In this document: piece by piece, positions 52,704 to 61,708 of the stretch
Position numbering within the stretch: the stretch's first letter is position 1
Layout of the letters: each line of letters begins with the position of its first letter
NCBI GenBank assembly: GCA_015233675.1
Contig: JADFXH010000004.1
Location: forward strand, 72,492-136,491
Source: Candidatus Omnitrophota bacterium
Lineage (GTDB): Bacteria; Omnitrophota; Gorgyraeia; Zapsychrales; Fredricksoniimonadaceae
Direction: 5' to 3'
Length of the DNA stretch: 64,000 bases
The notes under the pieces: model-generated
The model's database searches: none
What the model saw: the letters and a program-made list of their open reading frames with translations, nothing else
Told to the model about the DNA's origin: nothing
Made by a program: the position numbers and the translations under genes

Positions 52704-53144
52704 CTAACAACCCGTACCATTAGTTACACAAACATTTCCGGCTCCTATTGTAACAACTCCGGTACTGGAAATAGTAAACGAAGACAAATTAGCAGCTGTT
52801 CCAACGGATGCGAAAGCATAATACGCACCATTCGTAAGCTCATCGTACTCTGTGGTGGAGTTGACGGCGAACGGGTCATAAAGAGGGGTGATCACAGCTG
52901 CCGGCGTTGTGCTATCAAAATAAGTAGCACAAGGAGAAGTCGAGCTAGGGATATACACATGCGGGGTGGCTGCGTTATTGTAATAGGACTCCATCGCGGC
53001 CTGCAGTGTTTGTAGCTCTCCCTTGACCTTCACAATTTTGCCCGAGTCCTGCATGCCCTTCATACGAGGTATAGCAATTCCAATAAGGATGATCAGCACT
53101 GAGATAACTATCACCAACTCAATAATCGTGAACCCTTTTTTCAT
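52704..53144 (-). CDS. Prepilin/pseudopilin paralog 2
   Basis: The ATG at 53144 gives the same 146-aa length. About 90% identical to paralog 1 at protein level by eye, with an identical MKKGFTIIELVIVISVLIILI N-terminus. Confidence 0.88.
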   Translation of the reverse strand: MKKGFTIIELVIVISVLIILIGIAIPRMKGMQDSGKIVKVKGELQTLQAAMESYYNNAATPHVYIPSSTSPCATYFDSTTPAAVITPLYDPFAVNSTTEYDELTNGAYYAFASVGTAANLSSFTISSTGVVTIGAGNVCVTNGTGC

Positions 53145-53198
53145 TTTTTTCTCCTTTGTTTTTCTTACAATCGGGACATTATTTAATTTCAAGTCTTC

Positions 53199-53651
53199 TT
53201 ACATATTAAAAGAATGAGTGACCGGCCTTGCTGGCTTCAAAGACAAAACTATTTCAGTCCCTCTCGCGTCAACAAGAACAACGCTGTCATCCTTAATTTC
53301 CCGGACAGTTGACCCTGCTATCTTATCTCCTATACCGACTACGGCCCCATTGATTATAACGCTGGGCCTGCTGCTGCCCAAAAAAATCCCCTGCAAAACT
53401 AAAAAAGGCCTCCTTACAGCCGCCTTTACTGTGTTTACGTTATTAAGGCCCCTTGTATCAAAAGGATTTCTTTGGTTCCATTGCTTGTTTATAAAATGCA
53501 GGCTTACATCACTATCAGCTATAAGGCCTTTTAGCTCATCTTGTTCGTTAATCATTCCTCCGGAAGAATCGGCATGACCCGTTAGACTTCTGGCTACTAA
53601 AAAGAATGCCCCTAAAGTGCAAACAATGATCTGTTTATTGATTTTCATCAT
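53199..53651 (-). CDS. Secreted PilP/GspC-like small protein
   Basis: Signal peptide. The C-terminal block LVLQGIFLGSSRPSVIINGAVVGIGDKIAGSTVREIKDDSVVLVD resembles the beta-domain shared by PilP and the GspC HR domain. Assignment rests on pattern and position only. Confidence 0.45.
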   Translation of the reverse strand: MMKINKQIIVCTLGAFFLVARSLTGHADSSGGMINEQDELKGLIADSDVSLHFINKQWNQRNPFDTRGLNNVNTVKAAVRRPFLVLQGIFLGSSRPSVIINGAVVGIGDKIAGSTVREIKDDSVVLVDARGTEIVLSLKPARPVTHSFNM

Positions 53652-53652
53652 C

Positions 53653-54180
53653 TTACGTCGTTAATACCACAAAACTTATTTGCGAGTGGACCTGGGAGGC
53701 ATCACTCTGATCACCTGACAGACGAATGCCCCCTATATCTAAAACAGCGCCGGACATATGCCTCAGCGTTGTTAAAAAATTGCCCAAATCCCTGAAAGAA
53801 CCGGACGCTTCTACAGAGAAGTCTTTCCGGAGATAAACACTGCTATTTTCATTATTCTTATCTGCTGTTAAGGAATCGCTGATCTTGATTGTTAAATTGT
53901 TTTTTTCAGCGATCTTTTGGATCTCATCCAATAAGTCATCAACCTTGTCTCCTGGAATTATTTGCACGCTTGTAAATTTGTCTTTTTTGGATATTAAATC
54001 TTTAAAAAAAACCAAACTCGCCGCATCCTTCCCCTTTTGGATCTCAGCTTGTTTTATCCTGTGAACAAGAGATAAAAATAAGAACGCATCCAAAATAAGG
54101 ACCGTCACAAAAAACGCTAAAGCAATCCATTTGACTGTTCTTATATCATTAATATCAAACTTTGTGAGATCCAGTTTCAT
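53653..54180 (-). CDS. PilO/GspM-like bitopic protein; start uncertain (alternative ATG at 54234)
   Basis: Short basic N-terminus, one TM helix (WIALAFFVTVLILDAFLFLSLV), a coiled-coil segment, then an alpha/beta C-domain. Positioned immediately after the PilM-PilN gene. Confidence 0.45.
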   Translation of the reverse strand: MKLDLTKFDINDIRTVKWIALAFFVTVLILDAFLFLSLVHRIKQAEIQKGKDAASLVFFKDLISKKDKFTSVQIIPGDKVDDLLDEIQKIAEKNNLTIKISDSLTADKNNENSSVYLRKDFSVEASGSFRDLGNFLTTLRHMSGAVLDIGGIRLSGDQSDASQVHSQISFVVLTT

Positions 54181-55825
54181 CCTCTGCCGCCTCGATTTTA
54201 AAAATTGATCTATTTTTATCTTTCGGGTCCTCATCTATTGATATTTTATAACCGCGACCGGAAATACGCTCGAGTTCAACAACAAAAGGTTTTAATATTC
54301 TCTTGGAATCCCTGGACTGCGCCGAAACAATTCCGGACAAAGCAAACTTCCCGTCAGTCAGAGACAGGTCAGATAAATATACATCCTGCGGCAAATAACT
54401 TAATTCTCCAAGTACGCCCCCTATATCCAAACGATGATAAGAAACATGTCGTATCAAAAGCTTGTTCTTAATATCAGATATATGCGGCATCAACGTCTTG
54501 TATTCGGATTCTAATTTTACGGACTCCTGCTGGATTCCATTCAACCGCAGCAGCAATAATAAATAAAAGAAAACTGAAAGAAGAACCAATACCCCTGAGG
54601 ATGCTCCCATGATAAGCTTCTGAGCAAATTTCTTCCTAAAATCTCTAAGGCCTTCAGGCAATAAATTAATTCCTTGCGGATCAGCCAAAGATGCCCCTAT
54701 CGCCGAAGTTAATTTATGTTTGTCTTTCAGGTCATCTAACATTCCTTCATAAAGGAATTCAGCATATACTAAAGGATCCCCTATTTGCACCGGTATCCCT
54801 AATTCAGCATTTAGAAATTCCGGCAGCCTTTTTAACATTGTCCCGCTTCCCCAAAGCACTAATTTGTCAAGCTTACCGATCGCATGTTGATCATAATACA
54901 AATCAAATGCTCTGGTAATTTCTTTAACTAACAGTTCAAGCTTGGGGCGAAGCAGGGAAATGGCCTGATTAGCTGTAATCTTCCCCTCTATCAAAAACTC
55001 CTCACCGGATGAAGGGATGCCAAATTCCCTCTTTACAGCTTCCGCTTCCTGAAAAGTCAACTCTACCTTACCCCTAATGGTAGACAAAGCGCTGGTCAAG
55101 CATCTGGTAAAATCATTTCCGGTCACATTGATTTTACGTGAAAATTCCAAATGCCCATCCCGATAAACATTAAGTTCAGCAAACATTGAACCCATTTCAA
55201 GAGTTACAATAGTTTCCTTAATTTTTAATTTCGATTTTTTAATAATATTTTCTAAGGCAATCGACATGGGGATAACCTTAGTCAGATTAAGCTCCAGCCG
55301 TTTATTCTGTCCTGAGGGTTTAAAATAAGAAAGAAGACTGTCTATGGCGCTTTTGGCTACAACCGCCACCATCACACTAATTCTTTCTGCACTCTTAACA
55401 GAGGCAGGGCCGGCGACTTGAAAATCAAATAAGGGGGTCTGAATGGAAAAACGCTGGGCATTGTTTACTTCGATTTTAATCGCCTCCAAAATCTCTGAAT
55501 CAGGCATCGGAGGCATCGTGAGATAATCAACAATTGTATTTTGGTTGGAAACCGTACAAACGACATCCGCGTTGGTGGTATCAAAATCAGCTAATGCACC
55601 TTTAAGAGCGTCTCTAGTAACGCCTTCCCGTTCCTTTTCCTCCACCACCCCGATATTTTTGGAAACAGCTTTAATGATCGTTGGTTTACCTTGATAAAAA
55701 GCCGCCTGCGCTACATTCACAGAGCTAAAACCTATATCAATCCCGATCACTGTCTTGCCGCGGGCTAACGATTTTTGCAATTCCAGTATTTGCGGAATAA
55801 GGGCAGCCTTGTCCATTATATGCAT
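54155..55825 (-). CDS. PilM-PilN fusion protein (GspL-like architecture)
   Basis: N-terminal actin-like PilM blocks (VIGIDIGFSSVNVA, ...LWGSGTML). At about residue 395 comes the PilN signature GINLLPE followed by a TM helix and a periplasmic domain. Candidate starts are ATG 55825, ATG 55816 and TTG 55834. Confidence 0.75.
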   Translation of the reverse strand: MHIMDKAALIPQILELQKSLARGKTVIGIDIGFSSVNVAQAAFYQGKPTIIKAVSKNIGVVEEKEREGVTRDALKGALADFDTTNADVVCTVSNQNTIVDYLTMPPMPDSEILEAIKIEVNNAQRFSIQTPLFDFQVAGPASVKSAERISVMVAVVAKSAIDSLLSYFKPSGQNKRLELNLTKVIPMSIALENIIKKSKLKIKETIVTLEMGSMFAELNVYRDGHLEFSRKINVTGNDFTRCLTSALSTIRGKVELTFQEAEAVKREFGIPSSGEEFLIEGKITANQAISLLRPKLELLVKEITRAFDLYYDQHAIGKLDKLVLWGSGTMLKRLPEFLNAELGIPVQIGDPLVYAEFLYEGMLDDLKDKHKLTSAIGASLADPQGINLLPEGLRDFRKKFAQKLIMGASSGVLVLLSVFFYLLLLLRLNGIQQESVKLESEYKTLMPHISDIKNKLLIRHVSYHRLDIGGVLGELSYLPQDVYLSDLSLTDGKFALSGIVSAQSRDSKRILKPFVVELERISGRGYKISIDEDPKDKNRSIFKIEAAEDETGSHKV

Positions 55826-56012
55826 CCCGATCAATTGAAGTTAAAGTCGTAGCAGCTGATATTATCGTTGATAAAACTTGGGAACCCTTAAATTAATAAT
55901 CGCGCCTTATAATAGTTCCATGCATGCCCGGAATGAAGGCCGCCCAGAAATCCAGCGCTTCAAAAATAAGGAAATCCCCGTTATGCTCTCAAAATCAAGC
56001 TTATGCTCGCTA

Positions 56013-56453
56013 CTAACAACCCGAACCATTAGTAACACAAATATTCCCGGTAGCTACGGTAACAACACCAGTACTGCTAATAGTAAACGTAGATAAATCC
56101 GTACCCGTACCAACGGATGCGAAAGCATAATATGAACCATTAGTCAGTTCATCGTATTCCGTGGTTGAGGTGGCGGCAAACGGGTCATACATAGCACTGG
56201 TAATGATTTGCGGCGTTGCGCTAACAAAATAAACAGCGCTTGGTTTAGTGGAGCTGGGACTATATAAATGCGGGGTGACTGCATTGTTATAATAGGACTC
56301 TATCGCCGCTTGTAGAGTTTGTAATTCGCCCTTGGCCTTCACAATATTACCAGCCTGCTGCATACCTTTCATGCGCGGTATGGCAATTCCAATAAGTATG
56401 ATCAACACTGATATAACTATAACCAATTCAATAATAGTGAACCCTTTTTTCAT
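56013..56453 (-). CDS. Prepilin/pseudopilin paralog 3
   Basis: 146 aa with the same class III leader. More diverged in the middle (KPSAVYFVSATPQIITSAMY). Retains the C-terminal CVTNGSGC but lacks the third Cys of paralogs 1 and 2. Confidence 0.88.
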   Translation of the reverse strand: MKKGFTIIELVIVISVLIILIGIAIPRMKGMQQAGNIVKAKGELQTLQAAIESYYNNAVTPHLYSPSSTKPSAVYFVSATPQIITSAMYDPFAATSTTEYDELTNGSYYAFASVGTGTDLSTFTISSTGVVTVATGNICVTNGSGC

Positions 56454-56484
56454 TTTATTCTCCTTTTTATTTGTTTTTAAAAAA

Positions 56485-57723
56485 CTATTGCTTAATAGTT
56501 TTAATCATATCGAACATCGGTAAAATAATTGACGCCATAATAACCCCAACAACAGCTGCCATGAGTGTAATAAACGCCGGTTCAATGAATACCATCAGCT
56601 CCTTGACCTGAAATTGAACCTTGTTTTCATAAAAATCGGCAATTTTATTAAGAATCACGCCTATGTTGCCGCTCTTTTCCCCCACTGAAATCATGTAAGT
56701 CACATCCTTAGGGAATTCCCGTCGAGCCACTAGCGCTGAATAGATGCCCTCTCCCTTCTCCACGTTGGCATAAACTTCACCGATAATCCCAACGTATACT
56801 ACATTCCCAAGAACCTGCTGAAGAATTCTCAAACTCATCAACATAGGGACCCCCGTGTCAAGAAGGGTGGCCAAAGTACGGCAAAAACGTGCTATAAGAG
56901 TCTTATTAATCAAGTTCCCAATAACAGGCATCTTAAGCACAAAACGGCCATAGAAATTCTTACCCCTGTTTGTTTTAAAAAATTGTTTAATCCCCCAGAT
57001 AGCCGCTATCAAAGCAGGGATATAAAACAGCGGGTATTTTTTCATCCAAATCCCTGTTTGGTAAAGTATTCTGGTTGGAAGAGGCAAGGGGATGCCGGCT
57101 TTTGTAAAAATCCCCACAAATTGAGGCATAAGAAAAGTAATAATAAGGATAACAACACCTATACAAGTCGTTAATAAAATCATCGGATAAATCAGCATCC
57201 CTCTGATCGTTTGCCTTAAGTTATCCTCTTTTTCCAAATATATAACAAGGTCTTTTAAAACTTTATCCATGGTTCCGGAGGTTTCCCCCGTGCGGACCAT
57301 GCTGACAAAAAAATCCGAAAATATATCCGGAAATACAGCTAACGCGTCAGAAAAAGTTGAGCCGTCAGATATCAGCTGGCTGATCTTGCGTGTGGTGGCT
57401 GTCAGCCGGGGATTTGTCAAGAGATCACTTGTAACATTAAGGGAATTCAATAAAGGGATCCCCGCATTGATCATACTTGAAATATTGGTGCAAAAAACCA
57501 TCAGATCACGCAGCCTGACGGGGGAAGATCCTATATTATAGTGCGCGATCGAAGAAAGAAATTTCCCTTTTTTTAAATCTAAACCCTTGTCCCTGCTTAT
57601 CTTGACAGGAGTATACTCCATCTGACGCAGTTGACCGAGGATTTCCTGCTCAGAGGAGGCTGTCAAATCTCCCTCGACGAGCTCACCGGCATTATTTCTG
57701 GCTTTATAAAAATAGAGTGTCAT
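56485..57723 (-). CDS. Type II secretion / type IV pilus platform protein (GspF/PilC family)
   Basis: 412 aa. Two T2SSF-type repeats, each with cytoplasmic helical bundles, and 3 TM helices. Position next to the GspE-type ATPase. Confidence 0.88.
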   Translation of the reverse strand: MTLYFYKARNNAGELVEGDLTASSEQEILGQLRQMEYTPVKISRDKGLDLKKGKFLSSIAHYNIGSSPVRLRDLMVFCTNISSMINAGIPLLNSLNVTSDLLTNPRLTATTRKISQLISDGSTFSDALAVFPDIFSDFFVSMVRTGETSGTMDKVLKDLVIYLEKEDNLRQTIRGMLIYPMILLTTCIGVVILIITFLMPQFVGIFTKAGIPLPLPTRILYQTGIWMKKYPLFYIPALIAAIWGIKQFFKTNRGKNFYGRFVLKMPVIGNLINKTLIARFCRTLATLLDTGVPMLMSLRILQQVLGNVVYVGIIGEVYANVEKGEGIYSALVARREFPKDVTYMISVGEKSGNIGVILNKIADFYENKVQFQVKELMVFIEPAFITLMAAVVGVIMASIILPMFDMIKTIKQ

Positions 57724-57732
57724 TTAAATTAA

Positions 57733-59352
57733 TTACTCGTCCTGGGTCACCCGGTACACTTCTTCTTTAGTTGTTAAGCCTTGAGCGACTATTCCCATAC
57801 CGTTATCCCGCAAGCTTTGCATTCCGGTGCTCAAAGCCATGCGATGAATTTCCTCGGAAGAAGATTTCTTTATAACAAGGGAACGAATTTTTTCATCAAA
57901 GGACAGTAATTCATAAATACCTGTGCGCCCCTTATAGCCGGTCATCGAACAATTTGTACAACCCTGGCCTAAACACCCTTTACATACTAAACGGACCAAC
58001 CGCTGGGCCAAAACACCTATAATCGAAGACGCTAATAAAAAAGGTTCCACCCCTATATCCAAAAGACGAGTCACGGCTCCCGCCGCATTGTTCGTATGTA
58101 AAGTGGCCAAAACCAGATGGCCTGTTAAAGCCGCCTGAATTGCAATTTGAGCAGTTTCCGCATCACGGATTTCACCGATCATAACAACATCAGGGTCCTG
58201 TCTTAGAATTGCGCGTAACCCGTTGGCAAACGTTAAATCCACCTTCAGGTTAACCTGTGTTTGGCGAATGCCCGGCAGACGGTATTCCACAGGGTCTTCA
58301 ATCGTCACAATTGAATACTGCGGGTCATTGATCGTACTGACCGCTGAATACAACGTCGTCGTTTTCCCGCTGCCTGTAGGGCCCGTGACTAAAAGGATCC
58401 CGTTGGGCCTGTCTAATAAACCACGGAATTTACCCAGCATCGGCGGCTGTAAACCAACCTGCTCAAGACCTAAGCGGATATTACTGGTGTCAAGAAGCCT
58501 CATAACAATATTTTCCCCATAAACCGTCGGTAAAGAGGAAACGCGGATATCGACACGCTTGTTGTCCACCTTCATTTGTATACGTCCGTCTTGAGGCTTG
58601 CGGAGTTCCGAGATGTCCAGATTAGAAATGATTTTGATGCGTGAAATAATAGCCGCTTGATATTCTTTGGGGGGAGAAGTCTGTAAATGAAGAACCCCGT
58701 CGATCCTGAAGCGAATAGCCAGCGTATTTTCCTCCGGCTCCACATGGATATCAGAAGCCCCTTCGCTTACGGCCTTAGTAATCATTGTATTGATAAAAGT
58801 AACTACCGGAGCTTCTTCGCTGTTATCCTGTGCCCGCGAAATGCTAATCTCTTCCCATTCCTGAGGGCCCTCCTGTTTAGACTTAGGGGAATCTTTTAAA
58901 ATCCCGTCCATCTTCCCTCCGCCGTAATACTGGTCTATCGCTTTCTTTATCTCATCCTCAGTCGCAATGGCCGGCTCAATGGTCAACCCTGTTTTGGAAG
59001 CAACCTCATCTTGTAGATAAACATTAAAAACATCTACCATAGCACAAGTCAGGCTGTTCCCTATTCTTAATGCCGGTATTATCAAATGTTTACGGGCAAG
59101 GTCTTCGGGGACAATTTCAAAAAGCTTAGGATCGATCAGCAGGTATTCTAGTTCGATACGCGGGATATCGGTGTTATCAGTAATAAATGCCACCATTTGG
59201 TCCTGTCTGATAAACCCCAGTCGGGGCAATACTTTAAAAATGGAGTCACCAGTTTTTTGCTGTTCAATCTTGGCCTGTTCCCACTGAGCCTGAGAAATAA
59301 ATCCTTTCTCCAGCAAAAGCTCATCAATAGATTTTTTACCGTATGTGCCCAT
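57733..59352 (-). CDS. GspE/PilB-family secretion ATPase
   Basis: N-terminal T2SSE_N-type domain, Walker A GPTGSGKTTTLY, Asp box, Walker B VVMIGEIRD, His box ATLHTN, tetracysteine CKGC...CTNC. Confidence 0.92.
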   Translation of the reverse strand: MGTYGKKSIDELLLEKGFISQAQWEQAKIEQQKTGDSIFKVLPRLGFIRQDQMVAFITDNTDIPRIELEYLLIDPKLFEIVPEDLARKHLIIPALRIGNSLTCAMVDVFNVYLQDEVASKTGLTIEPAIATEDEIKKAIDQYYGGGKMDGILKDSPKSKQEGPQEWEEISISRAQDNSEEAPVVTFINTMITKAVSEGASDIHVEPEENTLAIRFRIDGVLHLQTSPPKEYQAAIISRIKIISNLDISELRKPQDGRIQMKVDNKRVDIRVSSLPTVYGENIVMRLLDTSNIRLGLEQVGLQPPMLGKFRGLLDRPNGILLVTGPTGSGKTTTLYSAVSTINDPQYSIVTIEDPVEYRLPGIRQTQVNLKVDLTFANGLRAILRQDPDVVMIGEIRDAETAQIAIQAALTGHLVLATLHTNNAAGAVTRLLDIGVEPFLLASSIIGVLAQRLVRLVCKGCLGQGCTNCSMTGYKGRTGIYELLSFDEKIRSLVIKKSSSEEIHRMALSTGMQSLRDNGMGIVAQGLTTKEEVYRVTQDE

Positions 59353-59365
59353 AGTGCTTGCTTTC

Positions 59366-59749
59366 TTAAATTTTAAGTAATTCCTGAATCTTTTGTGTCA
59401 AAATGGGAATGTTCAAAGGTTTATTACAAAACGCATTTGCCCCCACCTGTTGACTGATCTGTCTATCAGCTTCATCGGCAGAGGCGGTGAACATAATAAC
59501 AGGGATGCTGCGGTAACGCCTATCCGCCTTAATCAAGGCACAAGCTTTGATGCCGTTCATTTTAGGCATCATCTGATCCAAAATAACCAAATCCACCGGA
59601 TTCTGTCTAATGATCGCTAAAGCTTCATGGCCATTGCTCCCCTTAAGCACTTCAAATCCCATTTTCACGAGAGTTTGCGACATAAGGGTCACGGCCATCG
59701 CATCATCATCCACAACAAGAATTTTCTTTTTTACGGCTTCGGCTGTCAT
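59366..59749 (-). CDS. Stand-alone response-regulator receiver domain
   Basis: KKILVVDDD, phospho-acceptor LVILDQMMP, T in MFTAS, K in NKP. No output domain. The ATG at 59749 lies one nt after the secretin stop. Confidence 0.85.
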   Translation of the reverse strand: MTAEAVKKKILVVDDDAMAVTLMSQTLVKMGFEVLKGSNGHEALAIIRQNPVDLVILDQMMPKMNGIKACALIKADRRYRSIPVIMFTASADEADRQISQQVGANAFCNKPLNIPILTQKIQELLKI

Positions 59750-59750
59750 G

Positions 59751-61535
59751 TTATTTATTATTTCCCCGGTCACCGACGGCTATACACGCATTAACAAAAA
59801 GTTCTGTCACCTTGACATAAGGACTGTGCGGGAAGAAATCTTTCATCTCGGTCAGCGCTTCCTTAGCCGCAACGCAATTACCAAAATCCTTGCCATAAAT
59901 AAAAGCGATTTTATACAAACAAAAATCCGTTTTCCCCGACTGCGGGAATTGCTCTAAAATCTTTCTGTAGGTTTTAATCTGTTCCTCGCTAATGTAAAGA
60001 TTTTTCGCCAGATCTTTGGATTTATCCTGTTCTAAGCTTGAAGCGTAATCCAAAAGCCCCCTGATCACGTTGGCGTCCTCACCTTTGGAAAAAGAAGACT
60101 TTAAAGAGGCTGTCTTAGTATTGATAAAGGATGCTGCCGGGGACATTGAAACGATATGGGGAGTAATCAACACCGTCAACGTCCCATCGTCCATAGTCGA
60201 AGTATTATGATGAAAGAGCCAGCCTAGAATAGGTATATTCATAAGACCGGGAGTTCCGTTCGTGCCAGAATTTTCATTTCTGCTGTCAAGCCCTCCGATA
60301 ACAATCGTTTCGTTGTCTTTGACCCTGACCTCGGTTTTTGCCGTGCTGGTGGCGATTTCCGGATTCCCCTGAATAGTATTAATCACAGACGAAACCTCAG
60401 GTTCGACTGTTAAAGTAATCCATCCGTCGGGTGAAACTATAGGGGTCACCTTAAGCTTGGTTCCCACATCGACATATGAGACTGATGACTGATTGACAAC
60501 GCTTCCACCGGTTCCTCCCGCCGTTGACGTCGATGATACATACGGATAATGGTCCCCGATCAGAATGCTCGCCTCATGGCCATTAAGAGTCGCGATTGAA
60601 GGAGACGCGATCACTCGCGCCTTATTCTGGGTTATTAAAGCATTAATGGCTATCGTTGGGGAGACATGCCTCCAGTTGCCGGACATACCAAATATGCTTC
60701 CATCAGAGCCGCTTCCTACGATAGTTGAAGTACTCGCTGCGCTGGGAGCAGTTGTGGAGCTGCCCGAACTGTTAGAAGAAGTCAAAGATGTATTAGGCCC
60801 CGCAGGCGTAGCCGTATCACCCGACAGCAAACTCACGCCCATACCGGTAGATGGCGTATAAGAGACACTAATGGTACTGCCAATGTCCTTAGAATATTTC
60901 TTGTCAATATTCACAATCCTGGCATCGATCATGACCTGAATAGGCGGCACGTCAATACCCTTAAGATAATTTTTAATCAGAGCCATATCTGCCGGATTCG
61001 CCGTAACGACCAGGGCGTTATTATCCTCATTATCCTGAATAGTGCCCTTAAATTTACTCTTCGCCCCGGTTAATAAACTTTTTGCTTCTTTAAGTGTAAG
61101 AAAACTTAATGGCAATGTTTCCGTAACCTGATCAAGATCGTCCTTGGGCATAACATAAACAATGCCGCCTTTTCGCATGAACCCGTAATTATGTATATCA
61201 AGAATCGCATTTAAAGCGTCGTCCAAAGAAAAATTATTCAGTTTCGCGGAGATCTTGCCTTGCAATTCCTTGGAAATAATAATATTAATATTATAAGAAT
61301 AAGCTATCGCCTTAAGAACATCTGTCAAATCAGCATTAACGTAGTCTAAAGAGATCAAATTTGATGCTGATACTGTGGCCTTCTGAGAAGATTGTTGAGA
61401 TTGTACCGAGGCCGGAGAGATTATCTCTAAAGAATTCTTTGGCGCATCAGGCTGATCGGCGAATGAAAGTACTTGCCCCAAAAAAAGAAATATAGCCACT
61501 TTCACAATAAAAGCATACTTTAGGCATCTATCCAA
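59751..61535 (-). CDS. Secretin (GspD/PilQ family) with a Ser/Thr/Gly-rich linker and a ~130-aa C-terminal TPR-like extension
   Basis: TTG start 5 nt after GGGAGGA. N0-like block (VNADLTDVLKAIA...INIII), secretin core (ASPSIATLNGHEASILIG, VGTKLKVTP, ETIVIGGL, PILGWLF, VLITPHIV), then an extra helical tail. Confidence 0.88.
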   Translation of the reverse strand: MDRCLKYAFIVKVAIFLFLGQVLSFADQPDAPKNSLEIISPASVQSQQSSQKATVSASNLISLDYVNADLTDVLKAIAYSYNINIIISKELQGKISAKLNNFSLDDALNAILDIHNYGFMRKGGIVYVMPKDDLDQVTETLPLSFLTLKEAKSLLTGAKSKFKGTIQDNEDNNALVVTANPADMALIKNYLKGIDVPPIQVMIDARIVNIDKKYSKDIGSTISVSYTPSTGMGVSLLSGDTATPAGPNTSLTSSNSSGSSTTAPSAASTSTIVGSGSDGSIFGMSGNWRHVSPTIAINALITQNKARVIASPSIATLNGHEASILIGDHYPYVSSTSTAGGTGGSVVNQSSVSYVDVGTKLKVTPIVSPDGWITLTVEPEVSSVINTIQGNPEIATSTAKTEVRVKDNETIVIGGLDSRNENSGTNGTPGLMNIPILGWLFHHNTSTMDDGTLTVLITPHIVSMSPAASFINTKTASLKSSFSKGEDANVIRGLLDYASSLEQDKSKDLAKNLYISEEQIKTYRKILEQFPQSGKTDFCLYKIAFIYGKDFGNCVAAKEALTEMKDFFPHSPYVKVTELFVNACIAVGDRGNNK

Positions 61536-61708
61536 GGATATCCTCCCGATATTTAAGAATCAGCGTTTTGTATAGTTACAAAAACATCAATCCCAGAATA
61601 TTGTATAAACATTTACATTCTATTGACATATTTGTAGTTATACAATAACAAATGAAAATATTTTTTAAGCGGTCAGAAAAAGCAGGCAAACCATATTTTG
61701 TTTGTTCG

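Noticed and set aside
52532-52720. 62-aa ORF reading ...ELYGRALARPNQWENL... across the tandem array
   Set aside because: The periodic peptide is just the translation of the DNA repeat. It has no SD and overlaps the pilin-2 stop region, so it is judged non-coding.
51997-56453. Diversity-generating retroelement or cassette-type antigenic variation acting on the pilin paralogs
   Set aside because: There is no reverse transcriptase, no template repeat, no silent promoterless cassettes and no invertase. The differences between copies are not restricted to adenine positions. Ordinary divergence or gene conversion is sufficient.
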